The translations under genes and the position numbers were made by a program. The notes under the pieces are model-generated. The model saw only the letters and a list, made by a program, of their open reading frames with translations, was not told the origin of the DNA and did not search any database. Positions 10,151 through 18,347 of a stretch of 64,000 bases of DNA are shown piece after piece (within the stretch, counting starts at the first letter, position 1; the number at the start of each line of letters is the position of its first letter). This stretch comes from Deltaproteobacteria bacterium RIFCSPHIGHO2_02_FULL_44_16 (GTDB taxonomy: Bacteria; UBA10199; 2-02-FULL-44-16). The stretch covers positions 88,120-152,119 of the forward strand of contig MGRM01000012.1 in the NCBI GenBank assembly GCA_001798185.1. Direction: 5' to 3'.

Positions 10151-10828
10151 GAAGTTACATGGTTTAACACCTATTTCAGCAAATTCCTGTTGAAGCGATT
10201 TCACAATTTCTTGCGATGGATGAAATCGTTTCATTGCTTCAGGTAAAAAGTCGGTTGCTCGACTCATGGCAAAATACGTGATTCCTTTTTTTACGAGAGC
10301 CTCTTCAACACTTTTGCCATCATCTCTTTTCTGCATTCGATTCGTCAGTCCAATTGCCGCTACAACTTCAACCTCTACTTGAGCAAGAGATTCGAGTGTT
10401 TCAAGAAGTGAACCGCCAGTAGTCGTCACATCTTCAAGCACAATCACTTTTCCTTTTGGAACACCGATAAAATATTTATCCTGCAGCGCGCCATGTTCTT
10501 TAGGCTTCGCCCTTCCCATCGAAAGAACATATTTTCCTGGAACGCAGTCTGATTGAGCCATCGCCCATTTATAATTGGTAAGAATACCGAGCTTCGTTGC
10601 ACCTTCAGGAACTCCGTAAAATCCATCAAACTGCAGACGTTTGCTGTGAGCAAAAGCGATGACAAAATCGGTCAATTGATCCAGGAGAACAACATCATTG
10701 GAAACATTTCGCCAATTGACATACCAACACGACTGACGGCCCGACTTCAGCGTCATTGGTTTTTCGAAAAAACCGACGACATTATGGGTAAGAAGAAAAT
10801 CGTTGAAACGTTGTTGATCAAAATTCAT
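10043..10828 (-). CDS. pyrE: Orotate phosphoribosyltransferase
   Basis: TLKSGRQSCWYVN, RAKPKEHG, VIVLEDVTTTGGS; start MNFDQQ at 10828; C-terminus reads into the repeat. Confidence 0.9.
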   Translation of the reverse strand: MNFDQQRFNDFLLTHNVVGFFEKPMTLKSGRQSCWYVNWRNVSNDVVLLDQLTDFVIAFAHSKRLQFDGFYGVPEGATKLGILTNYKWAMAQSDCVPGKYVLSMGRAKPKEHGALQDKYFIGVPKGKVIVLEDVTTTGGSLLETLESLAQVEVEVVAAIGLTNRMQKRDDGKSVEEALVKKGITYFAMSRATDFLPEAMKRFHPSQEIVKSLQQEFAEIGVKPCNFNIEMAAGSVCRAASSDAGNEASIPGRLKRRQKSGV

Positions 10829-10845
10829 ATTTTCTCTCACATTTT

Positions 10846-10915
10846 TGTCATCCTCGCGAAAGCGGGGATCCAGTGTTTTGGATATTTCTGGATTCCCGCT
10901 TTCGCGGGAATGACA
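10846..10915. repeat. Palindromic element (family A)
   Basis: TGTCATCCTCGCGAAAGCGGGGATCCAG...CTGGATTCCCGCTTTCGCGGGAATGACA. Confidence 0.9.
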
Positions 10916-10919
10916 ACTT

Positions 10920-12782
10920 TCATAACACAAGAAGCAAAAGAGCAAGGAGAAAAATCACACCAAATCCCATACAGGACGCAATATAGATGAGTTCTGATCG
11001 ATGTCGCACGAGTTTCACATTTCCATGAAACATTTCTTTTAGGAATCTTAAAGTACGTGCGCGAAGGTTCGGTGATTCCAAAAGATCTGCAAGAAAATAA
11101 TATCCATCAAAATCAAGGAGAGGACAGAGATTCAAAAGAACAACAACATACGAAAGAGAAGCAAAGAGGAGCGCAAGAGAATCGAACATCGCATGATCGA
11201 TTACGAATGCCATGATCGAAGCAATCCCGGCTGGAATCATATGAGCATAAGGGCCTGCGAGTGTAACAGACATGCGGGGGAAACGTGATGCAGTCCACAT
11301 ATCAGAGGTATCGACAAAAAACATGGGGCCGACCCAATACCAGCCAAAACCGACTCCAAGCACGCGACGTTGAAAATGTTTTACCGTGAGCGCATGCCCT
11401 GCTTCGTGAAAAAGAATGCTCATGAAAAAGAGAGGAAGAAGCCACCATAACCAGATGGGAAAAGTCATCGCACGCTGAAATGCAGAAACAATCGAAACCT
11501 TCTGAGACGAAAAGGAGAAAAGACCGAAAAGGACAACAGAGCCAATAATGCATTGGCCTTTTTTGGAAAAGAACAAACAAGATATTTTTTGGAAGATGCC
11601 TGCAATCCATGCATCAACATCTGAAATATAGTATCTCCACTGAAGAATGCGTGAAAGAACACTGAAACATAAAACGAGACGGGAATGGAACGTATTCTTC
11701 AAGTCTCTTGTTTTCGCATTCCTCCCCTCAATCATGCCTGCAGCACCAAGGTCACTTATTTGCTGGGCAATCACATGAGGGGCAAAAGCTTTGTATTTTT
11801 CAAAATAGGATAAGGTGAGTTCTTTGAGTGTATGATCACCATCGAGAAGTTCCCACAAAAACAATCCTTCTGGTGTCAGCCGATAATAAAGATGCGCCGT
11901 TGGATCGTTCAGGATGAAAGAACGAATTCCATCTTTCGTTTCATATTCTTGAATGATAATTGTTTTGCGTCGGCATGGACGATCGCGAAGTTGCAAAAGA
12001 TCAATAAATTGGAGTCGGGCGCTCGGCTCATCGTGCAAGAACTGAAGCAATGCATCGCGCGAAATAACGAGTAGCTCTGAAGGTTCAACGGCTTTGACTG
12101 TCGCATTTCGTTTCTCTCCTGAAAGCAAAGCCGCTTCCCCGAATGTTGCTCCGGTTTCAAGAAAAGCGAGGGGCTTTTTATTTCCCACTTGATCTGAAGT
12201 TGTCACTTCAACTTTTCCCTGTCTCAACAGATAACATTCTGATCCCATTTCTCCCTCGCGAAGAAGAATTTCTCCTGACCGAACACTTTTCGACTGAAGA
12301 GATGTTGCAAATTTTTTGAGTCGATCAGCCGAAAGTGAAGAAAAAGGAGAGAGTTGTTTCAGAAATGAGGCTCGAAGCAATATTTCGGCCGTCTCTTCAA
12401 AAAGTTTTTTTGCATCTGGCGACTCATCAAGAGCGGCAAGAAAATCCTCACGAGAAAGTGAAAGTGCATGAAGTGTGGTAAGAGCAAATACCGAAGCGGT
12501 CCGTTTTTGATGTTTTGAAAGAAGCGCAATCTCGCCAAAATATTCTCCTGGACCAAGTGTTGCCATGACGACTGGTCCTGAGGAAGATGAAACAGCAACT
12601 TCGGCTCTCCCCTGAAGGATCAGGAAAAAGCGCTCCCCTTCTCCTCCTTCAGCGACAATCTTCACTCCGGAAGAAAAAACCTCTTCCCGAAAATGTTCTG
12701 AAAAAAAAGAAAGCGCCTTGTCGGAAAATAAAGCAAACAAGGACGCTTTCTTGAGCAACCTGACGTAATCTTTGGATGTCAT
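10920..12782 (-). CDS. Fusion of two cNMP-binding domains, a PqqD/RRE domain and an M50 (site-2) membrane metalloprotease
   Basis: Cassettes FGEIALL..RTASV and FGEAALL..RNATV; RRE-like YYRLTPEGLFLWELLDGDHTLKEL..LGAAGMI; HEAGH, AGP and NLCPLLDFDGYY with TM helices. Confidence 0.85.
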   Translation of the reverse strand: MTSKDYVRLLKKASLFALFSDKALSFFSEHFREEVFSSGVKIVAEGGEGERFFLILQGRAEVAVSSSSGPVVMATLGPGEYFGEIALLSKHQKRTASVFALTTLHALSLSREDFLAALDESPDAKKLFEETAEILLRASFLKQLSPFSSLSADRLKKFATSLQSKSVRSGEILLREGEMGSECYLLRQGKVEVTTSDQVGNKKPLAFLETGATFGEAALLSGEKRNATVKAVEPSELLVISRDALLQFLHDEPSARLQFIDLLQLRDRPCRRKTIIIQEYETKDGIRSFILNDPTAHLYYRLTPEGLFLWELLDGDHTLKELTLSYFEKYKAFAPHVIAQQISDLGAAGMIEGRNAKTRDLKNTFHSRLVLCFSVLSRILQWRYYISDVDAWIAGIFQKISCLFFSKKGQCIIGSVVLFGLFSFSSQKVSIVSAFQRAMTFPIWLWWLLPLFFMSILFHEAGHALTVKHFQRRVLGVGFGWYWVGPMFFVDTSDMWTASRFPRMSVTLAGPYAHMIPAGIASIMAFVIDHAMFDSLALLFASLSYVVVLLNLCPLLDFDGYYFLADLLESPNLRARTLRFLKEMFHGNVKLVRHRSELIYIASCMGFGVIFLLALLLLVL

Positions 12783-12792
12783 TTTATATTGA

Positions 12793-12993
12793 TTACATCC
12801 CCTTATTCATTTTTGCTGTAAGCTGTTGATCATTTAATTTCCAGTCGATCTTGCGAAATGCATTTGTTTCTTCTGCCGTTAGCTTCACACCAGTTGATTG
12901 CAATGTTCCTATCGGGTTCTTTCGCATCTTCGTTCTAAAACCAATGTCATTCGCCCACTTCTCAACTAACATTTCAATCTCTTTGCGTGCCAT
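12793..12993 (-). CDS. NHLP-clan precursor-like peptide 4 (66 aa)
   Basis: MARKEIEMLVEKWAND..FR..NP..GVKLTAEE..IDWKLNDQQL..NKGM; AGGAGG RBS; paralog of three neighbours. Confidence 0.8.
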   Translation of the reverse strand: MARKEIEMLVEKWANDIGFRTKMRKNPIGTLQSTGVKLTAEETNAFRKIDWKLNDQQLTAKMNKGM

Positions 12994-13006
12994 TCTTCCT
13001 CCTTGT

Positions 13007-13210
13007 TTAAGCAAGCCATTTACTGACACGTGATTGCAATTCTTGATCACTCAACTTCCAATCAATGTTTTTAAAAGCATTCATTTCTTCTGGTGTCAGC
13101 TTCACTCCTGTTGATGTAAGCGTTGCCATCGGATCTTTTCGCATCTTGGTTCTGAAACCAGCATCACTTGTCCATTTTTCGACTAACATTTCAATTTCCT
13201 TGCGCACCAT
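13007..13210 (-). CDS. NHLP-clan precursor-like peptide 3 (67 aa)
   Basis: Ends IDWKLSDQELQSRVSKWLA; GGGAGG RBS. Confidence 0.8.
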   Translation of the reverse strand: MVRKEIEMLVEKWTSDAGFRTKMRKDPMATLTSTGVKLTPEEMNAFKNIDWKLSDQELQSRVSKWLA

Positions 13211-13240
13211 ATAACCTCCCTATGATTTTCGTTCTCATGA

Positions 13241-13438
13241 CTAATACTTATTTATCCTTGCCTTAAGTTCTTCGTCATTTAAACTCCAGTCAATTTTGCG
13301 AAATGCACCCATTTCTTCGTTTGTTAGTTTCACTCCTGTCGATGTGATCGTTCCCATTGGATCTTTGCGCATCTTTGTTCGGAATCCCATATCATTCGTC
13401 CATTTCTCAACCAATCCTTCAATCTCCTTGCGCACCAT
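13241..13438 (-). CDS. NHLP-clan precursor-like peptide 2 (65 aa)
   Basis: Ends IDWSLNDEELKARINKY; AAGGAGG RBS. Confidence 0.8.
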   Translation of the reverse strand: MVRKEIEGLVEKWTNDMGFRTKMRKDPMGTITSTGVKLTNEEMGAFRKIDWSLNDEELKARINKY

Positions 13439-13453
13439 ATATCCTCCTTTTGA

Positions 13454-13654
13454 TCAAGGTATCTTAGAAACTCTGGTTTTTAGTTCCTCATCACTTAGTT
13501 TCCAATCAATCTTGCGGAACACTGACATTTCTTCGGGGGTAAGTTTCACTCCCGTTGTTTGCAACGTGTCCTCAGGATTCTGCCGCATGTTCTTGCGAAA
13601 CATCTGGTCGTTCATCCACTTGTCGAACAACATGTCGATTTCTTTTTTTCCCAT
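13454..13654 (-). CDS. NHLP-clan precursor-like peptide 1 (66 aa)
   Basis: MGKKEIDMLFDKW...IDWKLSDEELKTRVSKIP; AGGAGGAGG RBS; start at the ATG at 13654. Confidence 0.8.
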   Translation of the reverse strand: MGKKEIDMLFDKWMNDQMFRKNMRQNPEDTLQTTGVKLTPEEMSVFRKIDWKLSDEELKTRVSKIP

Positions 13655-14621
13655 CGTCCTCCTCCTTTGAAAAAAATGAAGCGTTGCGAATAAGCTTCTG
13701 CAGCACTTTTGCTGCAGGCTCAAAAGGTCGCGCTTCCATAAGCGCAGAACGTGCTTTCTCGCAATAAATTTCAGTCACAATCGCTGTCATCCACTTTGCT
13801 CCTGTTGCACTCAGCTGTGTTTGAATTGCACGTCGACTTTTGAGAGAAGATTTTGCATCTTGAAGCGACGTCAAAAAAATTTGCTTTTCCACTCCCTTCA
13901 AACGCTCGAGACAAAAAGCGATTGGAAAGGTTCTCGTGCCATTGGAGATATCCTTACTCTGTTGAGATTCAAAAAGATCATAACAATCTGACGAAAGTTG
14001 ACCCGCAACACCAAGAGCCCTGGCGTATGCCATATAATGTTCAACACATTCTGGATGAGCATTTGCCGTATGTGCTGCAAGGGCTGCAAACATCGCTAAT
14101 TCCTCGCCACTCTTTTTCATGACACTTAACTCAACTGCGTTCGTCGATACTTTACTCTTGTTCACAGATGCAATGTCTTGTTGCTGTCCATCGCTCATGA
14201 TGAGGAGCCCACGCGCAATCGTTTCATGCATGAGATTTTTCTGCTCATGCGAAAGAGAGAGTTTTGCAAGAAGAAGGTGAGGAAACGTGCTGACAAGTGT
14301 TGTTCCTAATATCAATCCTTCTTGAGGAGTTAATTTTCCCTCGTGTTGCAAATCTCCATCCGCAAGATCATCGAGGATATCGATTCCCAAATAGAGTATT
14401 GACGTGAGAACTGGAAGCAAGATGGGAACTTTTTTTGCGGTAATCCCCTCATAGACAGCCGATGGAAGCGAAATAAAGAAAAGTTCACTCTCTTCCGAAA
14501 CGTAGGTTTGAAGACGTTCAACAGCATATGCAAAAAGCCGTCGCTGTTCAGAAGATTGCGACCAGGAAGAGAGTTCATCTTGAAGACGTGACAGAACTTC
14601 AGATGTTTCCGAAGACTTCAA
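13572..14621 (-). CDS. Class 1 isoprenoid-synthase-fold protein, ComQ-like putative peptide prenyltransferase
   Basis: FARM ILDDLADGD, GQQQDI, KKSG, degenerate SARM QLSSDCYD, DISNGTRTFP. Confidence 0.8.
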   Translation of the reverse strand: MKSSETSEVLSRLQDELSSWSQSSEQRRLFAYAVERLQTYVSEESELFFISLPSAVYEGITAKKVPILLPVLTSILYLGIDILDDLADGDLQHEGKLTPQEGLILGTTLVSTFPHLLLAKLSLSHEQKNLMHETIARGLLIMSDGQQQDIASVNKSKVSTNAVELSVMKKSGEELAMFAALAAHTANAHPECVEHYMAYARALGVAGQLSSDCYDLFESQQSKDISNGTRTFPIAFCLERLKGVEKQIFLTSLQDAKSSLKSRRAIQTQLSATGAKWMTAIVTEIYCEKARSALMEARPFEPAAKVLQKLIRNASFFSKEEDDGKKRNRHVVRQVDERPDVSQEHAAES

Positions 14622-15791
14622 TCACTTTCCTCCCGTTGTTGTTTTCAAAATTGCACCCGTATTTGTCGCTGTATTTCCGCAAGCTGCGTATCCAACAAGA
14701 TCACTCACCATTTCGATTTTTTGCACAATGTAGGTTGTATTGCTCGTTTGAGCCGTCCATGTTGTGCCAGAGTTTTCAGAATAAAGAATGGTTCCATTGA
14801 ATCCACCAGCCCAAATCTTCTCACTACGAACATCCAGCGCAGAAATATCTTCGGTCGTTCCTGTTGTCAGCACGGTCCAGGTGGCAGCAGCATCTGTCGT
14901 TTTTGCAATGAGTCCACCCTCTCCTCCGATATAGCACGTATTCACATCTGAACAGGAAACTTCATGCAGATCACAACTATCGGGATCTGAATTGGGACAG
15001 GTGAACGTACTTGAAATATTTGTCCACGTTGTTCCTCCATCAGTCGTTTCAAGAATTGCCGCGCGATTTCCGACAGCATAGCCATTTGAGGTATCGGCAA
15101 AAAAGATACGATTGATTTCGTCATTTGTTCCTGTTGTTTGAGTATCATAGACTGTCGTCCATGTGCTTCCACTATTGGTGGTTTTCAGAATAAAACTGAC
15201 ATTGCCACTATAACCTCCGGCAGCATAACCGGTATTTTCATCGAAAAAGAAAAGAGAATTCACACGATCAAGTGTTGTTAAACTTCGATTGGGAAATGCA
15301 GTCACCGTATTGAATTGAGAACTCCAACTCGTGCCACCGGTTGTCGTGACCCAGATCGATGCTCCTAAATTAACGGAATCCTGTCCGCCAATCCAGACAT
15401 GTGTGGTAGTAACAGGAGCAACTGCCCGGAGCCGTGAAGCAGAGAGTGTTGAAAAATCGAGACGAGTTGAAGTAGTGCCACTATCAGTTGATTTGAGCAC
15501 TTCGCCCAAACTTCCAACTGCCCAACCATTCGTCGTATCGGAATCGACAATCGCAATATCAAAATCACCAGAAGATGATCCTTGCGTCACTCCACCTGTT
15601 GCAATGAGACCACTTTGATCGGTGCCGATAAAATCGGTCCCGTCAATGACCGTACCACTGGATGTCACTACATCCCAAGCAGAGGCTGTACTCGTTGTCG
15701 TAGAACTCGTGCTTGTTGTTGAACTTGAGCCGCAGGCGAAAATGAAAAAACAGATAGAAAAAAGAAGACAAGATCGAACAACTGGCATCAT
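14622..15791 (-). CDS. YCF48/BNR-repeat beta-propeller lipoprotein
   Basis: Lipobox FIFAC, Ser/Thr linker, repeated [KE][ST]TDGGxTW and GYAVG blades; start tentatively placed at MMPVVRS. Confidence 0.8.
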   Translation of the reverse strand: MMPVVRSCLLFSICFFIFACGSSSTTSTSSTTTSTASAWDVVTSSGTVIDGTDFIGTDQSGLIATGGVTQGSSSGDFDIAIVDSDTTNGWAVGSLGEVLKSTDSGTTSTRLDFSTLSASRLRAVAPVTTTHVWIGGQDSVNLGASIWVTTTGGTSWSSQFNTVTAFPNRSLTTLDRVNSLFFFDENTGYAAGGYSGNVSFILKTTNSGSTWTTVYDTQTTGTNDEINRIFFADTSNGYAVGNRAAILETTDGGTTWTNISSTFTCPNSDPDSCDLHEVSCSDVNTCYIGGEGGLIAKTTDAAATWTVLTTGTTEDISALDVRSEKIWAGGFNGTILYSENSGTTWTAQTSNTTYIVQKIEMVSDLVGYAACGNTATNTGAILKTTTGGK

Positions 15792-15857
15792 CCCCCCTGC
15801 TGTTGTTTTTATGTGTTTAGCTCTTTTTGGTAGAGATGACAAGGTTTTCGTACCCGT

Positions 15858-15941
15858 TGTCATTCTGAACGGAGTGAAGAATCTCGTTGAGATCTTCATG
15901 GGATCCTTCCCCGCTAAGAATCGTGGCGGGTCAGGATGACA
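15858..15941. repeat. Palindromic element (family C)
   Basis: TGTCATTCTGAACGGAGTGAAGAATCTC...GGATCCTTC...TCAGGATGACA. Confidence 0.85.
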
Positions 15942-15965
15942 TCAAGAATGATTTTGCAACAGAAC

Positions 15966-17126
15966 CTAGATTCGATTCTCTTTTGTCTCTTCAATCAATT
16001 TTCCTAAAAACTTCTCATAGTCCGTGCCACCAGTGGCAATAGGACCGCGACCTTTCTTTTTGATGTACTGAATCGCTGCTTCCAGATGCAACATTCGAAA
16101 TGCGGCAAGAGCGTCATGAGCTTCGTTAAAAGCTTTCCGAATATTTGCGTCAGTTTTATTTTTTGTGGCATAGGCGCGTAGTGAAGGACCAGCTTCGATC
16201 GCGAGAATCCATTCACGTTCGCGTGGAGCACGATAATCTTTGAGCTCTGTTAAGTGATCAATCAACTCACTCGGCTGATGATGTACGCCGAGCACACAAT
16301 CAAATGAAATAATAGACGGCGACTCAGCGCCTGTCTCCCCCTTCAATCGTTCAAAATGTCCAACACCTTCATAGGTAATATCTTGAAAGTAAAAGATCCA
16401 AGGACGAACATGTTTGAAATAGACTTCAGGACTACAGACACTCGGAATGGTTTTGAATGTCTCTCCCATATCGAGCAATGCATGGTGCATGCTGTTCAAA
16501 GCATTGATAAAACCCTCTTTGTTCTCATTTACCACCGCAAGTTGCGCTGCCGGAATTGCACGGAGCCCAGGCGCGGCTTTGGCCTCGATTTCAACGTGCG
16601 GCAAGATGAAACCATATTCGTCACGCGTATAAGGTGGAATCGTAAAATGTTGAATGAGTTTTAAATTCTCAAAACGGATCGGTTTTTTTTGATCAACACG
16701 AGTCCAATTCTGCGTTGCATACATATTGTAAGCAAGAATTGGTTGCATATTGAGTTTCTTGCCAAGCTTTACAAAAGGAATTGCAAGTCCTTGCGGCATA
16801 TTTTTCGCATGTGGAGCATCGATGTCATTGACACAATCAGCCCAAGCATACGCACTCGTAAGAAAACAGAGGTGACGAAATGCCACAAGCGCTGCTTCAT
16901 GATTCATTTTTTCAACTGGCAACACCGGGATTTTTTCAAGCTTCGCACGAATCGTCCCATCATAGAGCATCTGCGGAAGTTCAGCCGCAAGGTCATCATA
17001 AAGCGCAAACTCTTCGTTGCCTTTCGGAAGTTTTGGAAGTGGGTCTGGGTACGGTAGAAATCCTCGATCTTCACGAACAAGATCGTTGTCGATAAATTGA
17101 AGTGCTGGAACTTGCTGTGTCATCAC
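15966..17126 (-). CDS. Indoleamine 2,3-dioxygenase-like heme protein (IDO/PrnB superfamily)
   Basis: RGFLP, FILPHVEIE, YFKHVRPW, KGETGAES, AFRMLHL..YI and ATGGTDY; GGAGG RBS. Confidence 0.85.
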   Translation of the reverse strand: MMTQQVPALQFIDNDLVREDRGFLPYPDPLPKLPKGNEEFALYDDLAAELPQMLYDGTIRAKLEKIPVLPVEKMNHEAALVAFRHLCFLTSAYAWADCVNDIDAPHAKNMPQGLAIPFVKLGKKLNMQPILAYNMYATQNWTRVDQKKPIRFENLKLIQHFTIPPYTRDEYGFILPHVEIEAKAAPGLRAIPAAQLAVVNENKEGFINALNSMHHALLDMGETFKTIPSVCSPEVYFKHVRPWIFYFQDITYEGVGHFERLKGETGAESPSIISFDCVLGVHHQPSELIDHLTELKDYRAPREREWILAIEAGPSLRAYATKNKTDANIRKAFNEAHDALAAFRMLHLEAAIQYIKKKGRGPIATGGTDYEKFLGKLIEETKENRI

Positions 17127-17198
17127 ACCCTCCTTTTGATAAAGTGAAAGACTCTATGCCAAAGGAAGGAGAAAAGGTCCAGTATTGAGATTGATTTT

Positions 17199-17897
17199 TT
17201 AGGGCATCACAAACGTTTCGAAGCTTAACCAAAAAAGTGGCTCTTGCGAAAGAGCCTTGGCAAACGATTGGTTCTGAACTGCAATATCGCGGTCATTGCC
17301 AGAGACATAAGCGGTGGTAGGAGAAAGAAACTTGCGAAACGTGTTGGTTCTTGAAACTACATGATCTCTATAATTCTCAAACTCTTCTTCAGGTTGCTGT
17401 AATACTTCTTTTGAAAGCGAAGCTTTGTAAATGCCAGTTCCTGTCACGATACGATGATCAAAGGTAACGTTAAAACCCACTTCAGAAATAATTCTCGCAT
17501 CGTCAAAGGCTTGATTGACGTCCTCTGGAGATGGTGTTTCAACTTTAGCTCTTGAAGCAAGAGAAACCGATTTTTGAGGATGAATATGATAAACAGAAAT
17601 TTGTGTCTCGAAGCCATCTTGAAACAAAAGCAAAATATCTAATAGTATTTCGTTTTCATATTCTGCCCTTGTTTTTCTTTCTTCGGTTCCGATTTCATAC
17701 CAATTTGTAACTTTTTGACCAACAGCATTTGTCCCTTCAATATAGATCCATATCTCTTCCACCTCACTTGAACGCGCAAGCGCCACAAGCTGCTCTTCTC
17801 CGGCACGACGGTTCATCGCCACGACCTCGTGCTCGGAGGACGTATTGACACGAAGTGCTGTTTTTACGAGATATTGTGAGACACTTGGGGTTGACAC
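17199..17897 (-). CDS. Hypothetical protein with JAB/MPN-like HxHP..PSxxD motif
   Basis: YHIHPQ...TPSPED; GAGGAG RBS. Confidence 0.55.
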   Translation of the reverse strand: MSTPSVSQYLVKTALRVNTSSEHEVVAMNRRAGEEQLVALARSSEVEEIWIYIEGTNAVGQKVTNWYEIGTEERKTRAEYENEILLDILLLFQDGFETQISVYHIHPQKSVSLASRAKVETPSPEDVNQAFDDARIISEVGFNVTFDHRIVTGTGIYKASLSKEVLQQPEEEFENYRDHVVSRTNTFRKFLSPTTAYVSGNDRDIAVQNQSFAKALSQEPLFWLSFETFVMP

Positions 17898-17918
17898 AGC
17901 GCACGCTCCTCACCGTTA

Positions 17919-17946
17919 TTATCGGCTCAGAGCATGCTCATGTTGT
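17919..17946 (-). promoter_or_regulatory. Putative alternative-sigma promoter ACAAC-N17-CGATAA
   Basis: Variant of the motif, upstream of the 17897 gene. Confidence 0.45.
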
Positions 17947-17982
17947 GCACTTGGCACAAAAAAAACATCATTTTATTTCTTG

Positions 17983-18069
17983 TGCCCGGGGCCGGACTCG
18001 AACCGGCAAGGGGATATACTCCCCGAAGGATTTTAAGTCCTTTGCGTTTACCGATTTCGCCACCCGGGC
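17983..18069 (-). tRNA. tRNA-Leu(TAA)
   Basis: GCCCGGGTGGCGAAATCGGTAAACGC..GACTTAAAATCC, long variable arm, GGTTCGAGTCC. Confidence 0.95.
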
Positions 18070-18119
18070 ATACGAAATTTCCAACAATCAGCCATATCAA
18101 AAAAAACTCGATGGGGATT

Positions 18120-18149
18120 CTTAAGGGGAGAGCAATATCTCCCCTTAAG
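18120..18149. other. Hairpin between the two tRNAs
   Basis: CTTAAGGGGAGA-GCAATA-TCTCCCCTTAAG, a perfect 12-bp stem. Confidence 0.6.
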
Positions 18150-18187
18150 GTAAAGCGATTGCGAATTTACTTCGCAATCGCGAATTG

Positions 18188-18259
18188 AGGCGGCGACCGG
18201 GTTCGAACCGGTGAATAACGGTTTTGCAGACCGTCGCCTTACCACTTGGCTACGCCGCC
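18188..18259 (-). tRNA. tRNA-Cys(GCA)
   Basis: GGCGGCGTAGCCAAGTGGTAAGGC..CTGCAAA..GGTTCGAACCC. Confidence 0.95.
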
Positions 18260-18347
18260 GAATAATTTTGAGGGACTACCATTCACATTCACTTCGGTCA
18301 AGAAAACGCTTGAATGTCGATATCCAGGCATGATACGAATAGCACCT

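Noticed and set aside
12793..13654. ~215-bp tandem units considered as a CRISPR or non-coding repeat array
   Set aside because: Each unit is an ORF with its own RBS and codon-level divergence; there are no identical repeats with unique spacers and no cas genes in the window
12793..14621. Direct assignment as a Bacillus-type comQXPA quorum-sensing locus
   Set aside because: No histidine kinase or response regulator is adjacent, and the peptides look NHLP-like rather than ComX-like; only the enzyme analogy is kept
17943..17959. TTGTGCACTTGGCACAA as a further RAYT REP copy
   Set aside because: Only partial similarity and a different stem; it could be chance or a tRNA-operon terminator remnant
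10920..18069. tRNA-integrated prophage or ICE carrying the peptide cluster
   Set aside because: No integrase or phage genes, and I found no duplicated tRNA 3' end near pyrE
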